Positions 11,699 through 24,960 of a DNA stretch of 64,000 nucleotides are shown one piece after another. Source of the DNA: Octopus sinensis (lineage: Eukaryota); assembly GCF_006345805.1 (NCBI RefSeq), contig NC_042998.1, positions 184,450,001 through 184,514,000 of the forward strand, written 5' to 3'. Positions within the stretch are counted from its first letter, which is position 1, and every line of letters begins with the position of its first letter. Made by a program: the position numbers and the translations under genes. The notes beneath the pieces are model-generated. The model searched no databases. It saw only the letters and a list, made by a program, of their open reading frames with translations, and was not told the origin of the DNA.

Positions 11699-12507
11699 AC
11701 AAATCAAATTGCGATAAAATAAAAATAATTATAATCGCTGGTATTACTAACACAAGCCATATATTTTTCATATATCAGTACATTAAGGCGAAATATGTGC
11801 TAGGAATACAGAAGCTTGATAAATTAAGTGAAATGAAGATAAAAACATTTACTAAACCGGAAAATTCTCAGACTGCAGTTTCTTTCTATTCAGCAAACAA
11901 GATAATTTATTTGCCCAGGGAGAATTCTTCAGTGAGACCCTGTTTTTCTGGGATCCTAACTCACTAGAAGCATGTGCTTCTGATGAATTACTCTTCCTAA
12001 CTAATCATATCACTGCGCAGACTCCGAACGTCCCGACAATACTAGGGAATTCTGGTATATCGCCTGGCGCTCATAATTTATCGAGAAATATGTAAACAAA
12101 TCAAATTGCGATAAAATAAAAATAATTATAATCGCTGGTATTACTAACACAAGCCATATATTTTTCATATATCAGTACATTAAGGCGAAATTTGTGCTAG
12201 GAATACAGAAGCTTGATAAATTAAGTGAAATGAAGATAAAAACATTTACTAAACCGGAAAATTCTCAGACTGCAGTTCTTTCTATTCAGCAAACAGATAA
12301 TTTATTTGCCCAGGGAGAATTCTTCAGTGAGACCCTGTTTTTCTGGGATCCTAACTCACTAGAAGCATGTGCTTCTGATGAATTACTCTTCCTAACTAAT
12401 CATATCACTGCGCAGACTCCGAACGTCCCGACAATACTAGGGAATTCTGGTATATCGCCTGGCGCTCATAATTTATCGAGAAATATGTAAACAAATCAAA
12501 TTGCGAT

Positions 12508-12511
<4 letters not shown>
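11699..12511 (+). repeat. tandem duplication, ~397/395-bp unit, about 2.05 copies
   Basis: AAATCAAATTGCGATAAAAT recurs at 11701, 12098 and 12493. The units are nearly identical and flanked by (TATG)n/(TA)n. Confidence 0.95.
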
Positions 12512-12547
<36 letters not shown>

Positions 12548-12849
12548 TTTTCATATACTTCCTCCTATCACACACCTACACCCGCACATATACAAACATA
12601 TGCATATCCGCATTAATGAAGGGGACTGTGCATGAAAGTCGCACCTATGCACCGGATACAGTCTTGCACTCATATACATACGTATACACATAATCATACA
12701 TACATATATACACATATATACACATATATACATATATAAAATATACGCAAACATATACATATAGTCATACACGTATATATTGATACGAACATATTCACAC
12801 AATTAAAAAGGAAATAAAAGAAAAAATGAAAAAAAATATATAGAATAAA

Positions 12850-13750
12850 AAAATTAACAGAAGTTAAGACATATGGGAAGCTTGTGTAGGAACATGTAAA
12901 GATGTAGATTCTAGCCGTGATGTTGGTGGGGGGGGGGGCAAAGCCGTAATAGGTATTTTGTCACGTATGGACATGATGCAAAAAGTTCAGTTCTTGAATT
13001 CAGACATGTTGTGGGGTCCAAGGAAGTTTTCCAGATGAGCAATCTTTCCATATTACAAAAACTGCACTTGCCACTACCGTTGGTGTAAGGTTTACACTTG
13101 GCTAAGATCTTCCAATAAATCCTATAGCTGACACCTTGTTCTTTTAAGAACCATATATAACTGGATAATTTGGTAGTTTTTCGTTTATTCCAGTGTCTGA
13201 AACTTAAGATATGATTGTTGAACCCTGCTTTGAAATTTCCTTCTGTGAAGCCCACATATCTTTTTGATGAAACCGAGTTATTAGCGTTCGTAGAATTTGC
13301 GGTGGCTTCATAAATAATGGCCTCGGTCATACAGGCTCCATTTAGCGGGCAGAAGTCTTTATCCCTGCAGGAACAGCCGGCTTGTGTTGTTGTTTTGCAT
13401 TGTGTGTAATTATGTTTTTAAAACTTGGGGTTGATCTAAAACTAAATTTTAGATTATGCCTATCAAAGAGTTTCCTATATTTATGATGCATTGAAAAATG
13501 TCTATCTTTAAGTGACAAGAAATATTTACCTATATTAAAGGTCATTTCGGGGAAGTAAGGTGGATGTGAACCAGATAATTTTCCTGTGTCTATGTTTTCT
13601 TTATTTCTGTCCCAATAGTCGGTGTGTAAGCTATTTCCTCTTTAAATCCACTAGCTTTAAGGGCGTTGTTATATAGTGGGGCAGCATTATTAAATATGTT
13701 TATATTGGAGGAGACGCTAGAAATTCTTCTAATATTCTTAACTAAATTCT
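12850..13750 (-). mobile_element. Penelope-like element fragment (C-terminal region with GIY-YIG endonuclease)
   Basis: NIGKYFLSL..HKYRKLFDRHNLKFSF, then IIYEAT...KRYVGFTEGNFK..FNNH..SFRH...TKLSSYIW.LKE...WKIL...CSFCNMERLLI...LNSRTEL. Confidence 0.85.
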
Positions 13751-13760
13751 TAAATACATA

Positions 13761-13858
<98 letters not shown>

Positions 13859-13893
13859 CATATATATATATATACATATATATTTATATACGT

Positions 13894-14248
13894 GTGGAGG
13901 CGCAATGGCCCAGTGGTTAGGGCAGCGGACTCGCGGTTTCGATTCCCAGACCGGGCGTTGTGAGTGTTTATTGAGCGAAAACAAAGCTCCACGAGGCTCC
14001 AGCAGTTGGTGATCCCTGCTGTACTCTTTCACCACAACTTTCTCTCACTCTTACTTCCTGTTTCTGTTGTACCTGTATTTTAAAGGGCCGGCCTTGTCAC
14101 TCTCTGTGTCACGCTGAATATCCCCGAGAACTGCGTTAAGGGTACACGTGTCTGTGGAGTGCTCAGCCACTTACACGTTAATTTCACGAGAAGGCTGTTC
14201 CGTTGATCGGATCAACCAGAACCCTCGTCGTCGTAACCGACGGAGTGC
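13894..14248 (+). mobile_element. tRNA-derived SINE, family C
   Basis: A box TGGCCCAGTGG and B box GGTTTCGATTCC. The body is nearly identical to 23735-24120. Confidence 0.88.
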
Positions 14249-14465
14249 TTCCTGTATTTATATACGTGTATGCGGGAATGTGAATGTATGCCTGTATATA
14301 TTTACGTATATTTATATGTATATGTATATTTATATTTATATGTATATGTATATGTATATTACGTATATTTATATGTATATGTTAAGTGTATGCATGCAAA
14401 CACCTATGTGTATATGAGAGTGAAGTTGCGTACACATATACATACACACACACACATATATATAT

Positions 14466-14680
14466 AGTGAAAATTTACAAAAAAAAGAACAAAAGACGAA
14501 GACGGGTGAGTAAACAAGAAACAGATGCATTAATTTAACGCTCGTTAAACAAGAAACAGATGCATTAATTTAACGCTCGTTAAAGTGGGAAAGTCTTTTA
14601 CGTTTCGAGCCTACGCTCTTCGACAGAAAGGAACACAGAAATAAACAGGGAGAGAAAATATAAAAGGTTTAGTGGCTAAG
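14466..14680 (-). mobile_element. second copy of the hammerhead-like short repeat, with an internal ~36-bp tandem duplication
   Basis: Reverse complement reads CTTT-CTGTCGA-A-GAGC-GTAG-GCTC-GAAA-CGTA-AAAG (14595-14630). TAAACAAGAAACAGATGCATTAATTTAACGCTCG is duplicated. Abuts (TA)n. Confidence 0.6.
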
Positions 14681-15359
14681 CGTGTGTGTGTATATGCACA
14701 TACGTATATGCACATATATGTTTGTGTATGTATGTGCATGTACGTATACATGTTTGCTTGAGTGTCTACGTATATTGACGTTATGAACACAGGAGGTTTA
14801 TGTCTATGCATTGTGAGTATATGGTTATGTGTATTGTTTGTATTTTTCTTTTTACCTTTTCTATCTATTAGAGTAACTTTCCTTTTATTTAACGGTTTTT
14901 CAAAGCGTCTGTTGCCATTAATAGCCGACGAGAATGCATCGTAGCTGTTCGCTATATGTATACCTAGAAGCAGTTATGTGGATAAATAAATTAGATACAT
15001 TAAATATATTAAATATAATAGTTTGGGTATGAAATACAAAATATGGATATATGTATACATGCAAAATGAGGGGAAGCAAAAGGTGGAGACTTTCAGATGA
15101 TGAATTTTTAAGTATAAATATATTGATATTTATATAAACAGGTTCAGCTTATGCCGAGTAGAAACGACAGAGAAAATCAAAGGGGCGGAAGAAAGGTGTT
15201 ATAAGTCCAACAGCTGTTTCTGGGGCCCGGAGATCCTTAATAATATTGGTTGTTGTAGTTCATCCCAATATGTGGCTTTAATGGATGCAATTATCATTGG
15301 ATGAGTCCCTGTCTTAGGGCAGATCTATATATACTTGTGTGTGTGTGTGCTTTTTGTTT

Positions 15360-15545
15360 CTGTTTGTTCCTCTCCACCGCTTGACAACTCGTGTTGGTTT
15401 GTTTACATCCACGTAACTTAGCGGTTCGGTAAAGTGGACGATAGATTAAGTACCGGTCTTAAAAAAAAGTACTGACGTCGATTGTTTTGACCAACACCTT
15501 CAAGGCGGCACTCCAGCTTGGCCGTAGTCCAGTGACAGAAACAAG
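15360..15545 (+). mobile_element. SINE family A, 3' portion (degenerate)
   Basis: GTAACTTAGCGGTTCGG...GATAGATTAAGTACC...GGCGGCACTCCAGC...GAAACAAG matches the family A 3' half. Confidence 0.7.
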
Positions 15546-18359
15546 AAAATTAGACAATTCATTTGTTGTGTAAGTCAAATTGCCTCTGCTTTGATATTTG
15601 CAAACTTTGCGAAGTGAACTAATGTTGACAGCTGCTTATGTTTCTTTGACAAGTGTCTGTCACATCTATAATGCTATAATACAATTACCATATTTATAAT
15701 ATATACCGTAGGCAATATTTTCTGGATGTGAAGTGATTTTATTGCATCATGTTCGAAATTTCTACACAGTACCTAATGACGAAACATAGCTTTCATAGTT
15801 TGACCCTAAAATATTTTCTCTTCAGCACATTAAAAGTAATACCTGTATTATATATATATCTGTATAAATTCATGATTAATTCCGTACCGTTAGATATTTC
15901 TGATATATCTTTTCTACACTCTTTCCTGCTTGACAAACACGCCGCATTTTTGATTATGGTGCAATATAATAAGCTGTCAGATAGATAGAAAGAAGGATGT
16001 AAATACTTTGTCAAAAGACAACGTACTGCTCGTTATTACATTAAATTTTCTGATGCTTGGTTTTAAGAACTATTCATATGTTAGCAAAAATAACATCTGT
16101 AAGTTTGCTGAAACGGATTACAGAAATATTAGCTGACATTAATATTGACACCACTTAATATCATAAACACAAGGAAGTTAGCAAACTCGAAACAGCAAAT
16201 TACTAATATTAGTAGGTAGATAGGGATAACAGCAGAATCTTAAATGTTAGAATACCATCATTAGAAATGTTTACCCGAAGCATCAGTGACTCAGTTTGGT
16301 TTGATTTTGAATTGATAGATCTACAATATCTTTGACAAAACGATTTTAACCACCCCTAAAGTGATGGGGACACTAAATTGCAAGCAATGTCGGATTTTAA
16401 TAATTTGACCTTTTAACTCCCTGATTCTGTATAACATGCCAACCGTAAAAGCGTAAAAGAACATATATTGGAATATGACAGAAAATAATTTAAAATACAG
16501 TAGAAAATTGTAAAACAACTCCATGAATAAAAAATAAAATAAATGAATAAATAAAATAAGCAAAAATCTTCCAAAAAATGATAAATTGAAAACTGTTTTC
16601 GCTTTAGTTATTTCCTTCATATGTCTTCTGTATATTCTACCAGAAATTAGCTTATTTTCCTGTTACTCAACTTTCTAATTTGATACTTCTACTTTTTGCT
16701 ATTGGTTTTCATTTTGTTATTTCCACAGCACTATTTATCTGACTCTGTCTGACTATCTGCCTGTCTCCCACTCTCTTCCATCCATTTCATCAAATTTTTG
16801 TTTCAATATATTTATTTCACCACTATTCTATTCTATCTGCTTCATTATTTTCCTCACGTCTCCAACGCATCCAAGATTTTTCTTTTTTTTTTTACGTATT
16901 TTTCTCTTTTTTATTATTTTATTTCAATCTCCACAATATTTTTTTTACGAATCGTGTTTATGCAAGATTTGTTTGAAGGTAGTAGAGCTCATAATATTCC
17001 TTCGAATTTCTGTTTTTCTTTCTATACTGTGAATAGTTTTTCGAGATTGATTTTTTTCTATATATTCATTTTTTGCTTTGCTTATTCTCTACCAAGATTT
17101 ACGACGGTATTAATGAAAAGCTCGTCAGACTCAGTTCCTTCTCCGTTCATGTCAGCTGTTGCACCAGGTTTGATCTACAGGTAGTAAATTTTTCTTGACG
17201 TCACCATCACATAATTCCTACCAGTATCCAATTTCTCATTCATCAAATTTGATTCATTTGATTAATAAGGGATTTCAGTTGATATTTTCCCAACTTTCTC
17301 GTTCATTTAATTTCATTATAAAGGATTAATCATTTTGCATTTTCTCCCAAATGATATGAGTATCCCTTTTCTCACAGGCATATATATTTCTACAATTTTG
17401 ATTGAACATTTAATTTCAATTAGTATCGATATTATTTTTAAAAATTAAACTTATGCTCATGAACTTAGAAATTAATGCCTCTTTCTTCAGTACATTTCTG
17501 ACGTGACATTCTTTCAAAGTCTATAAAGTGATTTTGTTGTTGTTAACTATTAGGTCTGGCAAACCGTGGCGACTTAACCAGATGTGTGACTAATATTAAC
17601 AGCATAAAAACATTATGGAAATCTCGCAGAATATTGGCACCATTCGTCATTTAAACGCTATGATTAAAACTAGTTATGAATAGTAACACAACTTTAAATT
17701 GCGTGTATATAGGAGTTGGCGAAAATAATAGAAGCACCACTTTTTATTTCTCCGTTTTTTTTTTCTGTTGGCAATGTGATAAATTCAGAACTGTTCTAGT
17801 CTGTATATACACATTCATACGCATTATGTATGCTTTGTACTTCATGATATAGCCCTTGGATTTTCTTTGTTTGCAGATATATATATATTTAGGTAAGTTA
17901 AAATGTTTGATTTGTCTGATTTTTTAAAATGGACAAATTGTTGTAGCGCGGATAGCTAAAATTGCTGAATTGTTTAAAATCATGTTGGTATTTTATAATC
18001 AAGGTAAAAGCAACTCTGATAAGGAGGAATTTCAACCATGTTTCGTGGTCTGCTACCACAACAGCTCCTTTATAGGATCCAGTTAGCTCAAGACATCATA
18101 AGGAGGAACCAGGTCCGGTTTCGGCCCCTACTCCTCTATCGTTTTGATGTGGCGGGCTCACTCCCTTTCGGAAGTGTCTTCAGCTCTGGTGTTGGGTGTA
18201 TGTCTTCTTTCTCCTTCTTTCTTCTGTTCCCTGGCCTCTTCGATGCAGCGTCAACAAGTGTCATTTTAGACATAATGCAAATCTCACAGAGAGGGTCAGC
18301 AGAGTAGTGAAATGTATTGTGTTTAAAAACTGTCGAAATACAGCAGCAAAAGTGACTGT

Positions 18360-18519
18360 AGGAGTGGCTGTGTGGTAAGTAGCTTGTTTACCAGCCACAT
18401 GGTTCTGGGTTCAGTCCCACTGCGTGACATCTTGGGCAAGTGTCTTCTGCTATAGCCCTGGGCCGACCAATGCCTTGTGAGTGGATTTGGTAGACGGAAA
18501 CTGAAAGAAGCCTGTCGTA

Positions 18520-18551
<32 letters not shown>

Positions 18552-18645
18552 CGACAGGCTTCTTTCAGTTTCCGTCTACCAAATCCACTCACAAGGACAG
18601 GCTTCTTTCAGTTTCCGTCTACCAAATCCACTCACAAGGCATTAT

Positions 18646-18703
<58 letters not shown>

Positions 18704-18917
18704 TGAGTGTGTTGTCCTCCTAGCATTGCTTGACAACCGATGCTGGTGTGTTTATGTCCCCGTCAGTTAGCGGTTCGGCAAAAGCGACCGATAGAATAAG
18801 TACTGGGCTTACAAAAGAATAAGTGCCGGGGTCGAGTTGCTCGACTAAAGGCGGTGCTCCAGCATGACCGCAGTCAAATGACTGAAACAAGTAAAAGAGT
18901 AAAAGAGTAAAAGAGTA
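18360..18917 (+). mobile_element. SINE family A, full length, with internal (TA)n and a rearrangement
   Basis: Head AGGAGTGGCTGTGTGGTAAG...GGTTCAGTCCCACTGCG, tail (AAAGAGT)n. Contains an inverted and duplicated segment (see findings). Confidence 0.9.
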
Positions 18918-18939
18918 GAACTAAACCACCACCTTGTCA

Positions 18940-19682
18940 AATCTATGTCAGCTAAAAGCGTTCGTGGTGTCTTCTATAAAGCTGGATACCATGGGAGGCC
19001 TACATAGTATCCAGTCCACCATCAACATTGATAAACGGAAAATTGGCGTTAGACTATCAGAAATTGTCAATGGCTCAGAAGAACAATGTCATTTTCTCTG
19101 ATGAGTCATCACTCATCCACTTTCCCGTTTTGGAGAGAGTTTATACCTAGAGACAGCCCAAAGAAACCTTCAACTTTGACTGATTTGGGCACCATGTTCT
19201 CTTGGCTCTTTGGTTGTTCCACATGTAAGAGTTAACATAAAGGACTATCTGAATATTTTGGCTGATCATGTCCATCCTATGGTACAAATACTGTTCCCTA
19301 ATGATAGTGCAATCTTCCAGGACGACAATGCACCGACTCACACGGCCAATGTTATTCAAAATTGATACGAATAGCATAAAAGTGAAGTAGATAGCTTGGA
19401 TTGGTCTCAACAATCATAATATCTTAATATAATCAAACATTTATGGTGCATTTGGGAGCAGCAAAGGGGGAGTCGTTTCCTTCTGCTATCGCCACTAAAA
19501 GACATAAAACAATTTCTATTTAAAGAATGACTCAAAATTTCCTCAACAACCTTTCAGAACCTCCACAAATCAATTCCTCCACGTATTAAAGCTGTGGTTG
19601 ATGCAAAACATGGACCAATTCCATATTATATAATAAAGCTCCCATTTAACAAGGTGTTTCCACTATTTTGTCCCAAGCCTTG
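18940..19682 (+). mobile_element. Tc1/mariner transposase fragment with right terminus
   Basis: VIFSDES, FQDDNAPTHTA and LDWSQQS.YLNIIKHLW motifs. Ends TTTTGTCCCAAGCCTTG|TA as Tc1 termini do. Confidence 0.8.
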
Positions 19683-20349
19683 TATATATATATATATATT
19701 GTTACAACTATGATGTTGTTGGTAAAACACGTTCTTTGTCTATCTCCTTAACCTCTTGGAGAGTTTAGGTAAAATTATACTAATGTGTCCTAGTTTAATT
19801 AAATTCTGTCTTGTGCAGCTGAAGATTGCTCTACATCTTAAATTGATGTAATGAAATGATTGCATTGTTCAATAAAATGGAGTCGCATGAAACGATAGTA
19901 CTGCATTACCTCTGGATATCCTTGTTGCTTATTTTGATTATATATATATATGAAAATTTCCTGACTTCCCCTGTCAGAAAACAGCTTCAGGAGTTGTGAA
20001 GAACGAATTTGTACGTAGTCTGTTTCTGAGAGCTATTATAGTGGACCTCTGTCTAATCATTAAAACATTGATTTAATTATGAACATAGAAAGAAATTATA
20101 CATTAATCCCTATTTTTATAATCAGTTGTATCCGTAAAAATTTTATTTGCAGAGCACAGAAATCGAAAGAAGATATATGAAATGGACGTGTGTGTGTGTC
20201 TGTGTGCGTGTATGTGTGTGTGTATGCGTGCGTGCGTACTTGCGCGTGTGTATGGTATCTAGACCTGGTAGAAATAGCAGAAAAATCTCCCTCAAAACAC
20301 CCTACTGTCTTAATCCGACAATTCTGCGTATTATGTAGTTTGAATGAGA

Positions 20350-22690
20350 AACTGTAACTAAAAACACCAAGATTGGTTTGACGATAATGATGAAGAAGTT
20401 AGTCTTATCTTAGAGGAGAAGCGAAAGGCATTTAACATGTTGCAAAATGTTGACATGACAGCGAACAGGTCAGTGACTACATATTTCAAGGCAGTAAAAG
20501 CAATAGTGCAGCGGAAGCTGAGGATGATCAGGAAAATTGGTGAAGTGATAGATGTGATGAAATCCAAGAAGCTTCAAATGCTAACAATTCCAAACTATTT
20601 TTATTCTCTCTTGAAAAATGTTTATGGATCAGTTTCATCAAAGGTTGCGCCGCTACGGAGCAATAATGGTACAGAATTATTAACAAATCTTTAAGATATT
20701 GTTGGGAGATGGAAAGAACATTTTGGTGAGTTGCTCAATAGACCCACTGAAGTTGATCTCTCTTTTCTTGATAATATACCCGAGAGACCAATAAAACATC
20801 TTATAGCAGAAGTTCCAAACTTGGCTGAAATAAAAACAGCAATCAGGAGATTGAACAATGGAAAGGCCCCTGGTATTGATGGAATAGATGCAGAGATATA
20901 TAAATACGGTGGTGACTATCTCTGTACAATGTTGACGAATGTGATTCAGAGGGTTTTGCATAGTGAAGAGGTTCCTCCGGGTTGGCGTGATGCAACTATG
21001 GAGATACTATATAAATCTAAAGGTGGAAAGGGTGTCTCTCTGGAAAGGTCCTATGTAGGGTAATGATAGACAGATTGCTTCTGCACATTGCTGATGAGGG
21101 TCTACCAGAATCGCAATGTGGGTCTAGGGATAGCAGGAGTACTATGGATATGATATTTTCAGCTAGACAGTTGCAAGAGAAGTGACCTAATAAAAGTGTT
21201 TGATTCTATCAATAGAATTGCACCTTGGGAGATCCTGAGAATGCCCTCAAAATTTGTGAGAATGCTTAGACAATTTCATGACAAGATGGGAGTAAGAGTT
21301 AATGTCAGAGGTACCTTATCAGATCCAATTTCTGTAGAAGATGGTGTAAAACAAGGTGATATTCCTGCTCCTACATTGTTTGCTATGTATTTTGCAATAG
21401 TCTTTCAAATAGCTTTTGAAGATTGCACTGAATGGGGTCTATATAAGATATAGGACCACGGGAAAACTGTTCAATCTCAAAAGGCTCTGTGCCAAAACGA
21501 AAGTTCTGCGTTCTCACCACGTTGAGTTCCTGTATGCAGATGATTGTGACCTGTTGGCACATTCTCAGAAAGATATGCAGCACATGCTGAATGCAATTTC
21601 TGAAGCATGTGCAGCATTGGGTCTAACGATCAATCTAAATAAAACTGTTATAATGTACCAGCTCGCTTCCTCCAATATGTATGTGGAACCGTTTATAACT
21701 GTGAATGGTCAAAGGTTGGAGACTGTACCTAGATTTATTTATTTAAGAAGTACCTTGAGCACTGCTGGTCTTAATGATGAAATTTTATTCAGAATCAGCA
21801 GGGCTAGTAGTGCTTTTGGTAGGCTTAATAAGCATCTGTGGAAACAACATATCTTCACAAATTGAAGTTAAGGTATATAACACGTGCGTCCTCCCATTTT
21901 TGCTATATGGGAGTGTGACTTGGGTTGTTTACCGTAGGCGGGTAAGGCAATTGGAACGATACCATCAATACTGTCTGAGTTTGAGGATAAACTGGAAAAT
22001 GGCCATTAGTAATGTGGAGGTGCTTGAGAGGAGTCGCAGTAGAAGTATAGAGTCAATGATTTTGCAAAGACTTTTGAAGTGGGGGGAGCGCATTTGGCAA
22101 GGATGTGTGATGAGCGACTGTCCAAGCAGCTATTGTATGGTGAGCTGGAAGATGGCAGGAGACCAGTGCATAAGCCTAAACTAAGGTTTAAGGATTACCA
22201 TGAAAATGCTCTAATACAGACAGGAATTGCAGCTGGTGATTGGGAGAGGGAGGCACAAGACCACTATGGATGGAGGAAGATAGTGCATGATGGTTGTTCA
22301 AGGTTTGAGAGGGAGAGAGTAAAGTGTGACAGAATTAGGAGGGGGCTTAGAAGGAGGGAACCTGTGGAAAGTGAGCGTTGCTTTTTGTGTGTTTGGTTTG
22401 TGAGAGGAAGTGTTTGAGCTGTGCAGGCCTGGTGAGCCATCAAAACTCTCACAGGAATCGACCCATGATAAACGGTGATGTGGCTATTAAAATTCACTAC
22501 AGAACATGTGTAAAATGTAGAAGTGTGTGCCTCCCAGCTGTCTGAAAAGACACGTTAAGAGAGTGCATATAGTGGAACCTGTTTCTCCTGCCAGCCGGCA
22601 CATTGGTGCAGTATGTGATAAAATGTGTAAAGTTTGGCTGGGCTTAAATGTCATATAAGGTCATCACATGGCATCAATAATGAATCATTT
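20350..22690 (+). mobile_element. 5'-truncated RTE-clade LINE (reverse transcriptase to 3' end), decayed
   Basis: RWKEHF..LLNRP, NGKAPGIDGIDAEIYK, ESQCG.R..RST.DMIF, GVKQGDIPAPTLF, FLYADD, LGLTINLNKT, LSKQLLYGEL. Many frameshifts and stops. Confidence 0.93.
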
Positions 22691-22724
22691 CAGGCTTTTC
22701 TCGTATAACAAGGGTGCAGCTATG

Positions 22725-22769
<45 letters not shown>

Positions 22770-22822
22770 TACATACATATATATATAAAGAGAAAGCGAG
22801 CGAGCGAGCGAGAGAGAAAGAG

Positions 22823-22905
<83 letters not shown>

Positions 22906-22914
22906 ACCGCAGGA

Positions 22915-23075
22915 AAAGTTGTGCGGTTAATTTCGTATTGAACCAGAACCACGTAGTTTCTGGTTCATTCTCAGTGCACGCCATTTTGAGCAAGTTGGGC
23001 AAGTGTCTTCTTCCATAGTTCCGAACCATGGGAGTGCATTTGGTTGACAGAAAATGTGCGGAAGCCCTTTGTGTG
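22915..23075 (+). mobile_element. SINE family A, degenerate 5' portion
   Basis: TTGGGCAAGTGTCTTCT..CCATAG...ATTTGGTTGACAGAAA matches the family A 5' body. Confidence 0.55.
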
Positions 23076-23087
23076 GTTGTATATATA

Positions 23088-23163
<76 letters not shown>

Positions 23164-23683
23164 GGTGAGAAGGTTAGGTTATATATATATATATATAGGT
23201 GAGAAGGTTATATATATATATATATATAACAACCTGCTTCAAAAACATAAGCAAATAAAAGAATTAATAAAATAAAAACTAAATATATTTTTTGATTCAG
23301 ATTTCAATGATTTTCCTTGTGTTTTTTTTCTTCTTGTCTTTCCCAAATTACATTTATTTATTTATTCATTTATTTATTTATTTACCAACAGTTTCCTCTC
23401 CAGTGAAAGTCTTTAAAAAAAAAAAAGAACATCATTCAGAGTAAAATGTTAGAAAATAAGAGTAAACATGAATGATAGTATGCTTGACTTACAATTATTG
23501 TTATTGTACACAGAATTTCGGAAGGATATTTTACTTAAGGAACAGAGGTCAAAAGAAAATAATGATAATAATGATAATAATTGTATATAAACGAAAATAA
23601 ATAGTTTAACAAACCAATTCAAAGAGCAAACAAAAACAAAAAAAGAAAACTCATTGCATTGCACTCATTTGCCTATGTGCTTG

Positions 23684-23734
<51 letters not shown>

Positions 23735-23735
<1 letters not shown>

Positions 23736-24120
23736 TGGAGGCGCAATGGCCCAGTGGTTAGGGCAGCGGATTCGCGGTCGGAGGATCGCGGTTTCGATTC
23801 CCAGACCGGGCGTTGTGAGTGTTTATTGAGCGAAAACACCTAAAGCTCCACGAGGCTCCGGCAGGTGGGGGGGTGGTGGTGAACCCTGCTGTACTTTTCA
23901 CCACAACATTCTCTCGCTCTTTCTTCCTGTTTCTCTCGTACCTGTATTTCAAAGGGCTAGCCTTGTCACTCTCTGTGTGTCACGCTGAATCTCCTCGAGA
24001 ACTACGTTAAGGGTACACGTGTCTGTGGAGTGCTCAGCCACTTGCACGTTAATATCACGAGCAAGCTGTTCCGTTGATCATATCAGCTGGGACCCTCATC
24101 GTCGCAACCGACGGAGTGCT
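23735..24120 (+). mobile_element. tRNA-derived SINE, family C
   Basis: Second copy of the 13894-14248 element, with an intact tRNA-like head. Confidence 0.88.
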
Positions 24121-24779
24121 CCTAAAGTGTATTAAACACTGAGCGCTTGTGCATGGCGCTTGGATATATCTTTAAATGTGCGCGAGCCTTTGTATCTGAA
24201 TGTCTGTGTGTGTGTTTGTTCCTCTGAGAGACGCAGTTGGCTAGTTTAGAAAGTGTGCTTGCCAGGTGGAGATTCGACGTTTTAAATACACTCAATGGTG
24301 GATGACTTTTTTTTATTCCATCACAGGTTTGTATGTTCGGAGTTGTGTCGTTGGCAAGAAGAAAAAAAAATCAAACAAAAAAAAAAGCAACTAAAAATAC
24401 CAGCACATACACACAATACATATGTCTGCGTGTTTTGAATAACGTGAGAGAGAAACGCAGGAAAGAACTGTTAATGGCGATGAAAATGAAATATAAAAAG
24501 TAACTCAGAAAACCTAGTCACATGATCTCTTTCATACTGGGATAGACAACAAATATAGTAGTAAAAAGAATTAATATGACTTTTTGTATGTATTTATAAT
24601 GTCCGAGAACTATTGGTGAAGAAGATATGAGAAGATGGCTCCTTAATTTCATGGTTTCTTCAAAAATAGTTTTAAATGAAGTGGTTTTCCTGGAGGGAAA
24701 TCGAAAAAGGACAGAACTTAGCTTGCTGGAAAGTTACTATCCCATTCACTTGCGTATTTAATAACTGTTTTCTGACGTA

Positions 24780-24960
24780 GGAGCATGGCCATGATAAATT
24801 TTGGTGGGAGAGGGGTTAGTCGATTATATCGATCCTAATATTTAACTGGTACTTTATTTTATCAGCCCCGGAAAGATGAAGGGCAAAGTTAACCTTTGTA
24901 GAAATGTAAAGATTCGGGACAAGGAATTTTGTCCGATGCTCTAACGATTCTGCCAGTCCA
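24780..24960 (-). mobile_element. SINE family B-related (degenerate)
   Basis: GGTACTTTATTTTATC..CCCCGGAAAGATGAAGGGCAAAG..AACGATTCTGCCAG, similar to family B. Confidence 0.6.

Noticed and set aside
11960-12015. Hairpin AGAAGCA-TG-TGCTTCT followed by CTGATGA in the 397-bp repeat (type-III hammerhead candidate)
   Set aside because: No GAAA follows the putative helix II (CATA instead), so the core is incomplete.
13894-13965. tRNA-like sequences (also 23735, 30180-30253 and the heads of families A and B)
   Set aside because: They have A/B boxes but run directly into repeated SINE bodies and lack a complete cloverleaf. They are SINE heads, not tRNA genes.
16780-17400. Strand-biased segment that might be an old LINE remnant
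   Set aside because: No diagnostic EN or RT motif could be read.
18038-18307. 89-aa non-repetitive ORF in a GC-richer island
   Set aside because: No recognisable domain or splice context; more likely part of an unclassified repeat.
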